Shown: positions 8,363-15,607, counted from the stretch's first letter. The stretch: DNA of 36,544 nucleotides from a virus (IMGVR_UViG_3300037782_000016:1-36544); one strand, 5' to 3'. The notes: generated from the sequence alone by a model not told the origin. Program-made: numbers and translations.

Positions 8363-8810
8363 TTTCCCGTACTTGTTTTTTTAAATGGTTAATGTCGTTG
8401 ATGTATTCCTTCATCGTGTATTGGTCGGTCGGAATGTGAAACCCTAACGCCTGCTTTAATGCGCTTAATGTTTCGTGGAGTTGATTCTTTTCTTGGTCTC
8501 GATCCTGCTCTCTGGCTTCTCGTTGTTTCAGTAAAGCATTGGCAATGGTCTTTTCACTTGAAACGCTGCTCATTTTACCTTTGACGATTTGCAGAACCTC
8601 TCGCTTGTCATCTTCTAACGCCCTGAGATATTCCCGGTCCTTTAGCCACTCGGTCAACATTTCTTCTTCAATCTTTTCCCAAGCCTTCAACAGCCTTTTC
8701 GGAAACAGAAACAAAAACCGCCCGGATCCCAAATGCCTGATGTCGCCTGTCTCGATAATCCTGGAGTAAGTCTTTACCGTTAACTCGTCTATGCTGTCGA
8801 TTATTTTCAT
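8334..8810 (-). CDS. Hypothetical protein, possibly tail-assembly-chaperone-like
   Basis: DSIDELTVKTYSRIIETGDIRHL...LGFHIPTDQYTMKEY; function is an inference. Confidence 0.5.
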   Translation of the reverse strand: MKIIDSIDELTVKTYSRIIETGDIRHLGSGRFLFLFPKRLLKAWEKIEEEMLTEWLKDREYLRALEDDKREVLQIVKGKMSSVSSEKTIANALLKQREAREQDRDQEKNQLHETLSALKQALGFHIPTDQYTMKEYINDINHLKKQVRENEKARKNNN

Positions 8811-8813
8811 TTC

Positions 8814-8850
8814 AATATTGTTGCATTAGTGCGCTATATGCCATTGTTAG
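8814..8850 (+). mobile_element. attI-like array-leading site, copy 1
   Basis: AATATTGTTGCATTAGTGCGCTATATGCCATTGTTAG, 31/37 identical to 13555-13591; ends in the GTT core of the first cassette. Confidence 0.65.
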
Positions 8851-8857
8851 TGGCAAT

Positions 8858-9154
8858 TTAAAGCCACTTCATTTTTTTATTATACCTCAAATTGTAAGCA
8901 CATTTACTTCCTATTGGTGGTATTCCTTTCCATATAATATAAGGTATGCCAGCATCATCGTAAGTTACTGATTCACATTCTCGAATATTTCCTAATTCAT
9001 CAATAAATCTCAAGCCATTAACATCTTTACCAAAGTCATTCTCAGTAATAAAACTGCCACTAACAACACCTAAAGTTGCATTGCCATTGTCGGCTGTGTG
9101 TTGAACTTGTGGGTTTTCTTTGTGCATAGTTTTTAATTTGAAAGTTTCGTGCAT
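8858..9154 (-). CDS. Cassette-borne hypothetical protein
   Basis: Stop directly abuts GTTAGTGGCAAT (8846-8857); the start (9154 or 9127) lies in attC 9053-9195. Confidence 0.6.
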   Translation of the reverse strand: MHETFKLKTMHKENPQVQHTADNGNATLGVVSGSFITENDFGKDVNGLRFIDELGNIRECESVTYDDAGIPYIIWKGIPPIGSKCAYNLRYNKKMKWL

Positions 9155-9195
9155 TTTAATGGCAACGCACTTTAGCCAAACCGTTAGCGGTAATT
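9053..9195 (+). mobile_element. attC-like site, array 2 #1
   Basis: ACTGCCACTAAC-AACAC-CTAAAGTTGCATTGCCATT ... AATGGCAACGCACTTTAG-CCAAACC-GTTAGCGGTAATT; one extra T in the left arm. Confidence 0.8.
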
Positions 9196-9426
9196 CTTTG
9201 GTGGTTTGCTATTCGGGCATTTATCATTATCACAATATCTTTTGCCAAATAACATTAAAAACCCACCTCTTGGCATCGTGCTACCACAGTTGGTACAAAA
9301 ATGTCCTACGCCTTCTCTCATAACTCTACATAAAGGCGGTTTAGGGGGTTCTGGAGTAGAATTACCGCTAACAACACCTATATGTAATACCTTATTTTCT
9401 TCTTGGTTGTTCTGTTCTTTACTCAT
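9184..9426 (-). CDS. Cassette-borne zinc-ribbon protein
   Basis: FCTNCG...YCDNDKC. The stop TAA lies within the GTTAG core; the start lies in attC 9360-9495. Confidence 0.65.
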   Translation of the reverse strand: MSKEQNNQEENKVLHIGVVSGNSTPEPPKPPLCRVMREGVGHFCTNCGSTMPRGGFLMLFGKRYCDNDKCPNSKPPKNYR

Positions 9427-9495
9427 TGTTTTAGTCTTTTAAGTTAGTGTAGTAATTTATCAATGTCGGAACTACACATAGCCAAAACGTTATCC
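9360..9495 (+). mobile_element. attC-like site, array 2 #2
   Basis: AATTACCGCTAAC (perfect 13-bp complement of 9183-9195)-AACAC-CTATATGTAATACC ... GGAACTACACATAG-CCAAAAC-GTTATCC. Confidence 0.75.
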
Positions 9496-9822
9496 CTACT
9501 GAAACAAATCAATTTGCCCATCACGACCAAATTTAGGCTGTTTTGGGTTTTCAGTCGAGTAAACGTGTTCCGCTTTTCCGTACATTCCCTTCGCTGTCTT
9601 TTCGGTTTTGAAGAGAAGCCCCTCGTTGTATAGGTCGGTTATCGCCCGTCTAATGCTCGTTATCGGACATTCGTTGATTCCGTAGATTTTCCAAGCCTCT
9701 GATGCTGTTAGGTTCTTTTTCGATCGGAATATCTCCAGCACTTTGTCTCGCTGTCTTTGGGCCTTTCCTTGACTTTCGGCTAAGGTTCTTCCGACTTCCT
9801 TGTTTGTGTTGTAGTAACTCAT
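9496..9822 (-). CDS. Winged-HTH DNA-binding protein
   Basis: VLEIFR...LTASEAW...ITSIRRAITDLYNEGLL. Confidence 0.65.
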   Translation of the reverse strand: MSYYNTNKEVGRTLAESQGKAQRQRDKVLEIFRSKKNLTASEAWKIYGINECPITSIRRAITDLYNEGLLFKTEKTAKGMYGKAEHVYSTENPKQPKFGRDGQIDLFQ

Positions 9823-9865
9823 ATTTTTGGTTTTGGTTAATCAATTACTTCCCGTATTAAGCCGT

Positions 9866-10255
9866 TCATTGGTCTGTTTTTACGCTTATTTTTATGACGC
9901 AATACTTTTCCTTGTAACTTTTCAATTCAGTTAGCAAGTCATGCCCACCTATTGATAAATAGCTATCGTTATAAGTTCCGTAAGTGTATGAAGAATAATT
10001 GTATGATTCAGATGTAAAATCCGCATCAATAGAACCAAACAATTTCTTTAGCCAGCCCTCCTTTATTTCTTGTTCTGTTTTCTTTTCATCAGAAATGTAA
10101 TAACCTACGGACACCTCGGATTCGTACAAATCAAATATCGCTCTAAATTTCTTCACTAAATCAATCCTCTTATAACCGTCAACTAATTTGACAGTCTCGA
10201 AATCGGATAACCAGCTTGACTCAATAAATCCACTAAATGTAAATTCCTTAATCAT
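9866..10255 (-). CDS. Hypothetical protein with its own promoter
   Basis: 129-aa AT-rich ORF with a TATATTTG box just upstream. Confidence 0.7.
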   Translation of the reverse strand: MIKEFTFSGFIESSWLSDFETVKLVDGYKRIDLVKKFRAIFDLYESEVSVGYYISDEKKTEQEIKEGWLKKLFGSIDADFTSESYNYSSYTYGTYNDSYLSIGGHDLLTELKSYKEKYCVIKISVKTDQ

Positions 10256-10278
10256 AACTTGTAATTTGGTTTAGACTT

Positions 10279-10286
10279 CAAATATA
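10279..10286 (-). promoter_or_regulatory. Bacteroidota -7 promoter box
   Basis: TATATTTG on the minus strand, 23 nt before the 10255 ATG. Confidence 0.65.
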
Positions 10287-10312
10287 AACACTTTCACGAT
10301 ATAAACGTCAAT

Positions 10313-10690
10313 TTAACAAAAATAATCGTCAATCATTTGCTTTGCCATATCGAAGCCCACCGCGAATCCACCCGTGTAACCCTCTTTTCGTAGCCTCTCG
10401 TGAACGCTGTGTTGTTTTTGAGGGTGTTCTGACTTCGAGATGCTTCCGTCCTTTAGAAAGGGGTTGTTTGATTCCGTTTTTACTTCTATAAACAAACCGT
10501 TGTAACCTTTCCGAGCTGAAAAGACGAATATATCTGGGTGTCCGCCCTCGTGTGGAAGCCTTATCGCTTTAGCCGCCTTAGATTGACCCATGGTTAACTT
10601 GACCCCGTTCGGGTCGCTCTGGACGATTACTTTCGGCTGGACCAGTTCAATGTACTGGATTATCTGCTTATGTAGCTGCTTCTCGTTCAT
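10313..10690 (-). CDS. VRR-NUC / PD-(D/E)xK nuclease (resolvase-like)
   Basis: EKQLHKQI...GHPDIFV...GLFIEVKT...QH...LRKEGY. Likely start MNEKQL at 10690. Confidence 0.85.
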   Translation of the reverse strand: MNEKQLHKQIIQYIELVQPKVIVQSDPNGVKLTMGQSKAAKAIRLPHEGGHPDIFVFSARKGYNGLFIEVKTESNNPFLKDGSISKSEHPQKQHSVHERLRKEGYTGGFAVGFDMAKQMIDDYFC

Positions 10691-10874
10691 TACTTTCTTC
10701 CTTCCAGTCTCCATCGGCGTCTAAATGTTTTGGTGGCCATCCGTGTTTCCTGACCATTAGCATCCGCATAAATCGAGACCAAAACAATAGTAACACTTGA
10801 AACAAAAAAGCCCCGACTATGCAGAATCCACAAAACACCCAAAAGCCACTAAACATAAATTCTATTAGTTCCAT
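10668..10874 (-). CDS. Small membrane protein
   Basis: Single long hydrophobic segment; HGWPPKHLDADGD tail. Confidence 0.6.
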   Translation of the reverse strand: MELIEFMFSGFWVFCGFCIVGAFLFQVLLLFWSRFMRMLMVRKHGWPPKHLDADGDWKEESNEREAAT

Positions 10875-10876
10875 AA

Positions 10877-11254
10877 TTAATACGGAAAGTCATCATCACC
10901 CATGCCGTCGCCATCATCAATCGGCTCGGCTGTCTTTACCTCAGACTTACTCCCTAAAAACTCAAATGCACTTACCCTAACTTTCGAGTAGTACCTTTCC
11001 TCGCCCTTCTCGTTCCGCTGTTGCCCCTCCAGGTAAACCTTATCCCCTTTGCTCAGGTATTTGGCGAGAATTTCGCCTACATTACCCCAAGCCTCGATCG
11101 AGTGCCAGGTGGTATCTTCTACTTTCTCGCCTGACTTGTTTTTGTAGCGTTCGGTTGTTGCCAGCGTAAACTTGCATACTTTTGTGTTTCCTACGTCCGT
11201 GATTTCGGGGTCTTTCCCCAAGTGTCCGATTAACATTATCTTGTTCATATCCAA
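10877..11254 (-). CDS. ssb: Single-stranded DNA-binding protein
   Basis: MNKIMLIGHLGKDPE...FTLATTE...TTWH...LSKGDKVYLEG, with acidic DDDFPY tail. Confidence 0.95.
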   Translation of the reverse strand: MDMNKIMLIGHLGKDPEITDVGNTKVCKFTLATTERYKNKSGEKVEDTTWHSIEAWGNVGEILAKYLSKGDKVYLEGQQRNEKGEERYYSKVRVSAFEFLGSKSEVKTAEPIDDGDGMGDDDFPY

Positions 11255-11430
11255 ATGTATTCTGCTAGTCTGTAAATTGCTTCTGAAAGCTCTAAACCAG
11301 CCAACACCATAAAAGTGTAGCCTATTTTGATGTTTCCCTTTTTATTTTCCTCTTTCCCAATGTAGGTTAACGCTGCGGCTATTACCGCTGGGTCGCTGAT
11401 TAAGCTGATTACTTCTAATGATTGTTCCAT
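11245..11430 (-). CDS. Small membrane-associated hypothetical protein
   Basis: 61 aa with two hydrophobic patches. Confidence 0.5.
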   Translation of the reverse strand: MEQSLEVISLISDPAVIAAALTYIGKEENKKGNIKIGYTFMVLAGLELSEAIYRLAEYIWI

Positions 11431-11446
11431 AACTACTGATTATTAA

Positions 11447-11716
11447 TTAAACTTTCGGCTTCTGCTGCCCTAAATACTTTTCTGTTACCTCCACCAACTC
11501 GCCAAAGGCATCAATTCGCTCAATGGCTGGATCGGGGATTTCAATATTCAGCTCCTTTTCGATTTTCATTGCCGTCTCCAGGATGTCGAGACTGTCCATT
11601 CCGATGTCGCCTTTTAACGTGGACGAGTCGTTATAATCCTCCATATCGGCATCCGACAATCCCATCACTTCTTTGATAACTTCTTTAACTACTTCCCTTG
11701 TGTTTGATTCGCTCAT
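11447..11716 (-). CDS. acpP: Acyl carrier protein
   Basis: Acidic 89-aa protein with DIGMDSLDILETAMKIEKELNIEIPD (DSL phosphopantetheine Ser motif and ACP helix II/III pattern). Confidence 0.9.
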   Translation of the reverse strand: MSESNTREVVKEVIKEVMGLSDADMEDYNDSSTLKGDIGMDSLDILETAMKIEKELNIEIPDPAIERIDAFGELVEVTEKYLGQQKPKV

Positions 11717-11946
11717 AGCTCTATGATTAGATTAATTTCATTACATTTAACCATTGGCATATCAGGATATGAAATTTGAGCATATTCGATTTTTGATACG
11801 GTAACACCGTACTGCTTTTCGTACTTCAAAATTAGACTAGATATATGCTGCTCTAGTTCGCGTTTCTCATTACGCGCCTTTTCAATTTCTTTTTCAAACC
11901 CAATATTGCTTTCTGAAGCCTTATCAGTTGTTTTGTTATTGCTCAT
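11713..11946 (-). CDS. Hypothetical protein
   Basis: 77-aa coupled ORF. Confidence 0.6.
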   Translation of the reverse strand: MSNNKTTDKASESNIGFEKEIEKARNEKRELEQHISSLILKYEKQYGVTVSKIEYAQISYPDMPMVKCNEINLIIEL

Positions 11947-12665
11947 GCCTTTAGTTTTTCGTTCAAAATCTTTGCCGCCATTTCTACCCTAGCGGTTAAT
12001 AGGTCTTTGTCCTCCTGAGGGACTGTAAAGCTTATGTTTGTAATCGCTGGATATTTACTCTCTTTAGGAATCAAAGGTAGCTGCTCAGGCTGTGAAAAGC
12101 TAATCCAAGCGTAAGTGTTCAGGTTGTCCACCATTGCCTCAGCGTAATCAACTACCTCATTGAAGTATTTCCGTTCGACCCCGTGAATGTATAGAGCCAC
12201 ATCATCAACTCCAGCTAGTATCGCATTGCTAACAAGCTGCCAGTAATACTCAGGCTTTTTTTCTTTCAAGTTCTCGTGCGCTATTACTGATTCCGCGCAC
12301 ATATCGCTTAACTCGCAGAATGAACGCAAGGTATAAGGGCTTTTAACATCTGCCACCTCTGTTTCACTTACCATGTCGGGCGCACCGCTCCAGGGTAGTG
12401 TTGGATGTTCGTACCTTTCCTTGTGTACCTCTTTCCACTTAATATCCAAATGCTTTTCAAAGAAAAACAACTCCATTAGGTTACCCCAGCTTGTGGGACG
12501 TGCCGTTGTTTCATTATCCAGTTGGCAGCCTAACTTAGATTCCCAAACTTTTTCCTGAATGTAAGTCTCAAAAGGTTTGCCGGTGTTCTCAATACTGAAC
12601 GCACCCCTACCTTTACTCATTAGCCTGTAAATTTGGCTGCTCGTGAATTTCCCTACCCTACTCAT
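11943..12665 (-). CDS. YqaJ/lambda-exonuclease-like recombination nuclease
   Basis: RVGKFTSS...WGNLME...SGAPD...DVKSP...YYWQL. Confidence 0.85.
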   Translation of the reverse strand: MSRVGKFTSSQIYRLMSKGRGAFSIENTGKPFETYIQEKVWESKLGCQLDNETTARPTSWGNLMELFFFEKHLDIKWKEVHKERYEHPTLPWSGAPDMVSETEVADVKSPYTLRSFCELSDMCAESVIAHENLKEKKPEYYWQLVSNAILAGVDDVALYIHGVERKYFNEVVDYAEAMVDNLNTYAWISFSQPEQLPLIPKESKYPAITNISFTVPQEDKDLLTARVEMAAKILNEKLKA

Positions 12666-13314
12666 TCTCGTATGTTTTTAGTTCTTCCAATGCTTTTGCG
12701 TAGTGGTTTTCCTCTTCCATTCCAATCACTCGCTGAATATGTGCGTAGCGTTTACTCGGGATGTTGGCTTCCACCTCTTCAAATTTCTCTCTCAATTCCT
12801 TTAGCGTTACCACTTTTCGGGTACGGTTAAACGCCATTGTATCCTTTCGGTTCAGATCACGCCCAAACAAAGCCCCAAAATGTTCCGCAGCATCCTTAAT
12901 AGCGTAACTCTTTGCAGCTGGCAATGCTTTCATTACCGCATCTTGCTTGACGGCTGTAAGGTCGCTTGCCGCCTTTCCTTTGTCAGTTTGTATTCCGACC
13001 GCACCTACCCCATCGTGATAGTTCCATTGACCCGTGATTGGGTCTAAGTAGTGAAGTCTTACGGAAACAGTAACCGAATTAAATAGCTGCTGATAGTCCT
13101 TTACCTCAACTCGCCATTGTTGAAATATCCTATCCAGTAAAAACTCAATCTTATCAATCGGGATGTATTTCACTCCCTTAGCGAAAGGGTGCTGTTTGAT
13201 AAACTTCTGTATAGGCGGCTCGTTCGTTATCGCCTTTAATTGGTCATACTTAAACGCCTCTTTAGGGTCTAATTGTAGTTCTTGAATCTTTGGTAAGTTC
13301 TTCTTCTCACTCAT
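12658..13314 (-). CDS. Rad52/Sak-like single-strand annealing protein
   Basis: YIPIDKIEFLLDRIF...DGVG...AKSYAIKDAAEHFG...GRDL, next to the exonuclease. Likely start MSEKK at 13314. Confidence 0.8.
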   Translation of the reverse strand: MSEKKNLPKIQELQLDPKEAFKYDQLKAITNEPPIQKFIKQHPFAKGVKYIPIDKIEFLLDRIFQQWRVEVKDYQQLFNSVTVSVRLHYLDPITGQWNYHDGVGAVGIQTDKGKAASDLTAVKQDAVMKALPAAKSYAIKDAAEHFGALFGRDLNRKDTMAFNRTRKVVTLKELREKFEEVEANIPSKRYAHIQRVIGMEEENHYAKALEELKTYENE

Positions 13315-13319
13315 AACTT

Positions 13320-13541
13320 TTAGTTTTTCCCGAAGATCGGGGTTAATACTTGTATTTCCTTTTCGGTTATCGGTTTGCAATTTACCTCATCCATAGTTAA
13401 ATCGCAAGTTATTAGCTGGCCTTTTTCGTAGGTCAACTCGACTTCCAGTTCTCCGTTTCGGAAGCGTTCCGTAAAATAGTCGTCGTGGTAATACTCCTTG
13501 ACTTTCTCAAATCCTAAACTCTCTAGTTTTTTCTTTGTCAT
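13320..13541 (-). CDS. Hypothetical protein
   Basis: Likely start MTKKKLESLGF at 13541; the track's longer N-terminus merely reads through the attI-like site. Confidence 0.6.
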   Translation of the reverse strand: MTKKKLESLGFEKVKEYYHDDYFTERFRNGELEVELTYEKGQLITCDLTMDEVNCKPITEKEIQVLTPIFGKN

Positions 13542-13554
13542 ACTTTTTGGTTTT

Positions 13555-13591
13555 AATATTGTTGCACTGATGCGTCTTATGCCATTGTTAG
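13555..13591 (+). mobile_element. attI-like array-leading site, copy 2
   Basis: AATATTGTTGCACTGATGCGTCTTATGCCATTGTTAG; homolog of 8814-8850. Confidence 0.65.
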
Positions 13592-13598
13592 CCACCAT

Positions 13599-13799
13599 TT
13601 AAAGTAAATCCTCGTGGTCTCTAATTGAACGTTCTAAATATGCCATTCTACTGCTAACTTTTGCTTGTACTTCTTGGTACGTTTCTTTCTTCAAAGGTTG
13701 GTTGTTATTGAGTTCGTTAAACTTGTTCCAGAAGTCAACCAATGATTCAAGTTCTTCCTGTCTTGTTTTAATGTGGTTTTCAATTTGCGCTACATTCAT
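13599..13799 (-). CDS. Cassette-borne hypothetical protein
   Basis: Fills the span between GTTAGCCACCATTT (13587) and AAACGGTGGCTAAC (13803-13816). Confidence 0.65.
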   Translation of the reverse strand: MNVAQIENHIKTRQEELESLVDFWNKFNELNNNQPLKKETYQEVQAKVSSRMAYLERSIRDHEDLL

Positions 13800-13802
13800 A
13801 AT

Positions 13803-13937
13803 AAACGGTGGCTAACAAAATGTAACACACATAACCCGTCAGCCTTTTAAAAGCGTATGTGTGAGTTTGTAATTCAGTTCTTTTATCGGTGGTCTGTGAT
13901 GGCTACGATGTGTTACACAAACCGTTATGCCCCATTT
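13803..13937 (+). mobile_element. attC-like site, array 3 #1
   Basis: GGTGGCTAAC-AAAA-TGTAACACA ... TGTGTTACA-CAAACC-GTTATGC. Confidence 0.8.
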
Positions 13938-14481
13938 ACTTCACCACAGTTTCAAACACTATCTGTTTTGGCAGCACCGCCTTTGTTAAGTACACACTTG
14001 AAAACGGTGGGTTAAGCTTTGGCTTCGGGTCGCCGTAATCCTTAAAGTAGCTTATACGCTTGTTGAAGTACATTATTTCAAAGTCATTTTCTGCAAACAT
14101 TTTAAACCTCTTCTGGCTTTCAAACAACCCTACAACTCCAACAAGCATAGCAAACGGCTTACCTATTTCAAACAGTCGTGCAAACACTTCGCCCTTCAAG
14201 CTATAAGGCGGATTACTAATTATGTACTCAATGGTAGTTGGTGGCTCGTATGTAAAAAAGTCTTCACCGTTTCCAATGTGTGTATTTAAAACCTTGTGTC
14301 CTGCTGTTGTTAGCATTTTTACAAAGTTGCTTTCATTAGTATCAAACGGGCACCATATCTCACTATTAGGTTTTAAATACCTTAACAAAGGCTCAATAGC
14401 GTAATTAGGCGTATAAAACTCATCATTAGGGTTCAGCTCTTTTGTAACTGCTTCTTTGTTTGTTATTAAGTCTAATTTCAT
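13936..14481 (-). CDS. Putative DNA amino-(N6-adenine) methyltransferase, cassette-borne
   Basis: DEFYTP, IWCPFD, GEDFF and IISNPPYS (NPPY catalytic motif). Confidence 0.8.
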   Translation of the reverse strand: MKLDLITNKEAVTKELNPNDEFYTPNYAIEPLLRYLKPNSEIWCPFDTNESNFVKMLTTAGHKVLNTHIGNGEDFFTYEPPTTIEYIISNPPYSLKGEVFARLFEIGKPFAMLVGVVGLFESQKRFKMFAENDFEIMYFNKRISYFKDYGDPKPKLNPPFSSVYLTKAVLPKQIVFETVVK

Positions 14482-14490
14482 ATAATTAAA

Positions 14491-14634
14491 AAACGGGGCA
14501 TAACACTAAATATAAAACATACAGGTGTTTAGCCAAAATTATGCAGTTGTGCCATTAATTAAGTTTGTAGCGTACAGGTTGGCTACTGCTTTCTATTCCT
14601 GTACGTTTCATATTATTTACGTTAGCCACCATTT
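14491..14634 (+). mobile_element. attC-like site, array 3 #2
   Basis: AAACGGGGCATAAC-ACTAA-ATATAAAACATACAGG ... CCTGTACGTTTCATAT-TATTTAC-GTTAGCC. Confidence 0.8.
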
Positions 14635-14795
14635 ACGACAGCATATAATAAATCTCTACCTATTTTAGCCCAAGTTGATGGTTCGTTTGGATGGTTTTGC
14701 CATTGGTCTTTAGGTATGAACATTGCTAATCCAACAATGCTAAATACAAACAATAGGGTTATAAACATCCAAACTATTAAACATAATCCTTTCAT
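14622..14795 (-). CDS. Cassette-borne small membrane protein
   Basis: Likely start MKGLCLIVW at 14795; one long TM segment; stop inside the GTTAG core. Confidence 0.6.
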   Translation of the reverse strand: MKGLCLIVWMFITLLFVFSIVGLAMFIPKDQWQNHPNEPSTWAKIGRDLLYAVVNGG

Positions 14796-14799
14796 AATA

Positions 14800-14933
14800 A
14801 AACGGTGGCTAACAAAGTATATAGCACATAGCCTGTTAGCCATTTTTAAAACTATATGCGGTTATTAAATTATTTTCTCTTTTAATTAGGTCTGTGAGTG
14901 GTTACGTGCCATATACAAACCGTTAGCACCAAC
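14800..14933 (+). mobile_element. attC-like site, array 3 #3
   Basis: AAACGGTGGCTAAC-AAA-GTATATAGCACATAGCC ... GGTTACGTGCCATATAC-AAACC-GTTAGCA. Confidence 0.8.
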
Positions 14934-14934
14934 A

Positions 14935-15129
14935 CTAATCTTCAAGTTCATCCTCAAACTCTTCTGCTATATCCTTACACAACTTGATAAGCTTTTTTAT
15001 GTACGGCTTTTCGTATTGGCTTGCTTCTTCTTCAATTCCTTTTACACCACCTTCATTTTGTAGTGCTTCGTAACATTCTTCTAAATCTTGGTAGGTATTT
15101 TCAAACCTACAATAACTCATATTTCCCAT
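14935..15129 (-). CDS. Conserved small phage protein, cassette-borne
   Basis: MGNMSYCRFENTYQDL motif; followed on the + strand by only a truncated attC start (GCACAAC at about 15163-15169). Confidence 0.7.
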   Translation of the reverse strand: MGNMSYCRFENTYQDLEECYEALQNEGGVKGIEEEASQYEKPYIKKLIKLCKDIAEEFEDELED

Positions 15130-15175
15130 TTTATTAAGTTTTAGTTATTCAATCCGTACTATGCACAACAAGCCA

Positions 15176-15556
15176 TCACAACTCAATCTCAATCTTTCCA
15201 AGACCACCGCAAGTTGAGCAGTCCATCGTTTCAAATATTTCTTCTCCGTAAACGTTATTCCCACCGCCTACAATCGCGCGGCTTCCCGTGAAGTGTTCCG
15301 CGTGTCCGTGTCCGTTGCAGTCCTCGCAGTTAATCAATAGACGTTTTTTCATTGGTTCTCCAGTCCCAATAACCTTCGCGTTTAGGTAATCGGATTCTTC
15401 GCTATCCTGATTCTCTAAGGCTTCGTTTATTTCGGCTAAATCATTAATTCCCATACTTGCAAAAATGTCGATTGCTGATAATTGACTGACGTAAATAGTA
15501 AAGTGGTTGTCGTGCTTGTCGCTTATCTGGTTGAAATCAAACTTGTAAATTTTCAT
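15176..15556 (-). CDS. Protein with DnaJ-type CxxCxGxG zinc finger
   Basis: CEDCNGHG...CSTCGGLG. Confidence 0.7.
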   Translation of the reverse strand: MKIYKFDFNQISDKHDNHFTIYVSQLSAIDIFASMGINDLAEINEALENQDSEESDYLNAKVIGTGEPMKKRLLINCEDCNGHGHAEHFTGSRAIVGGGNNVYGEEIFETMDCSTCGGLGKIEIEL

Positions 15557-15576
15557 ACTCTAATTTTTTGGTTGAC

Positions 15577-15607
15577 CAAAGATAATACTGTTTTGGTAAA
15601 TTGCAAA
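15577..15607 (-). promoter_or_regulatory. Bacteroidota sigmaABfr-type promoter
   Basis: Consensus TTTG-N19-TATCTTTG on the minus strand. Confidence 0.8.

Noticed and set aside
13555-15175. CRISPR array interpretation of the repeats
   Set aside because: The repeats are divergent inverted structures separated by whole genes, not constant direct repeats with 30-40 nt spacers, and no cas genes are present.
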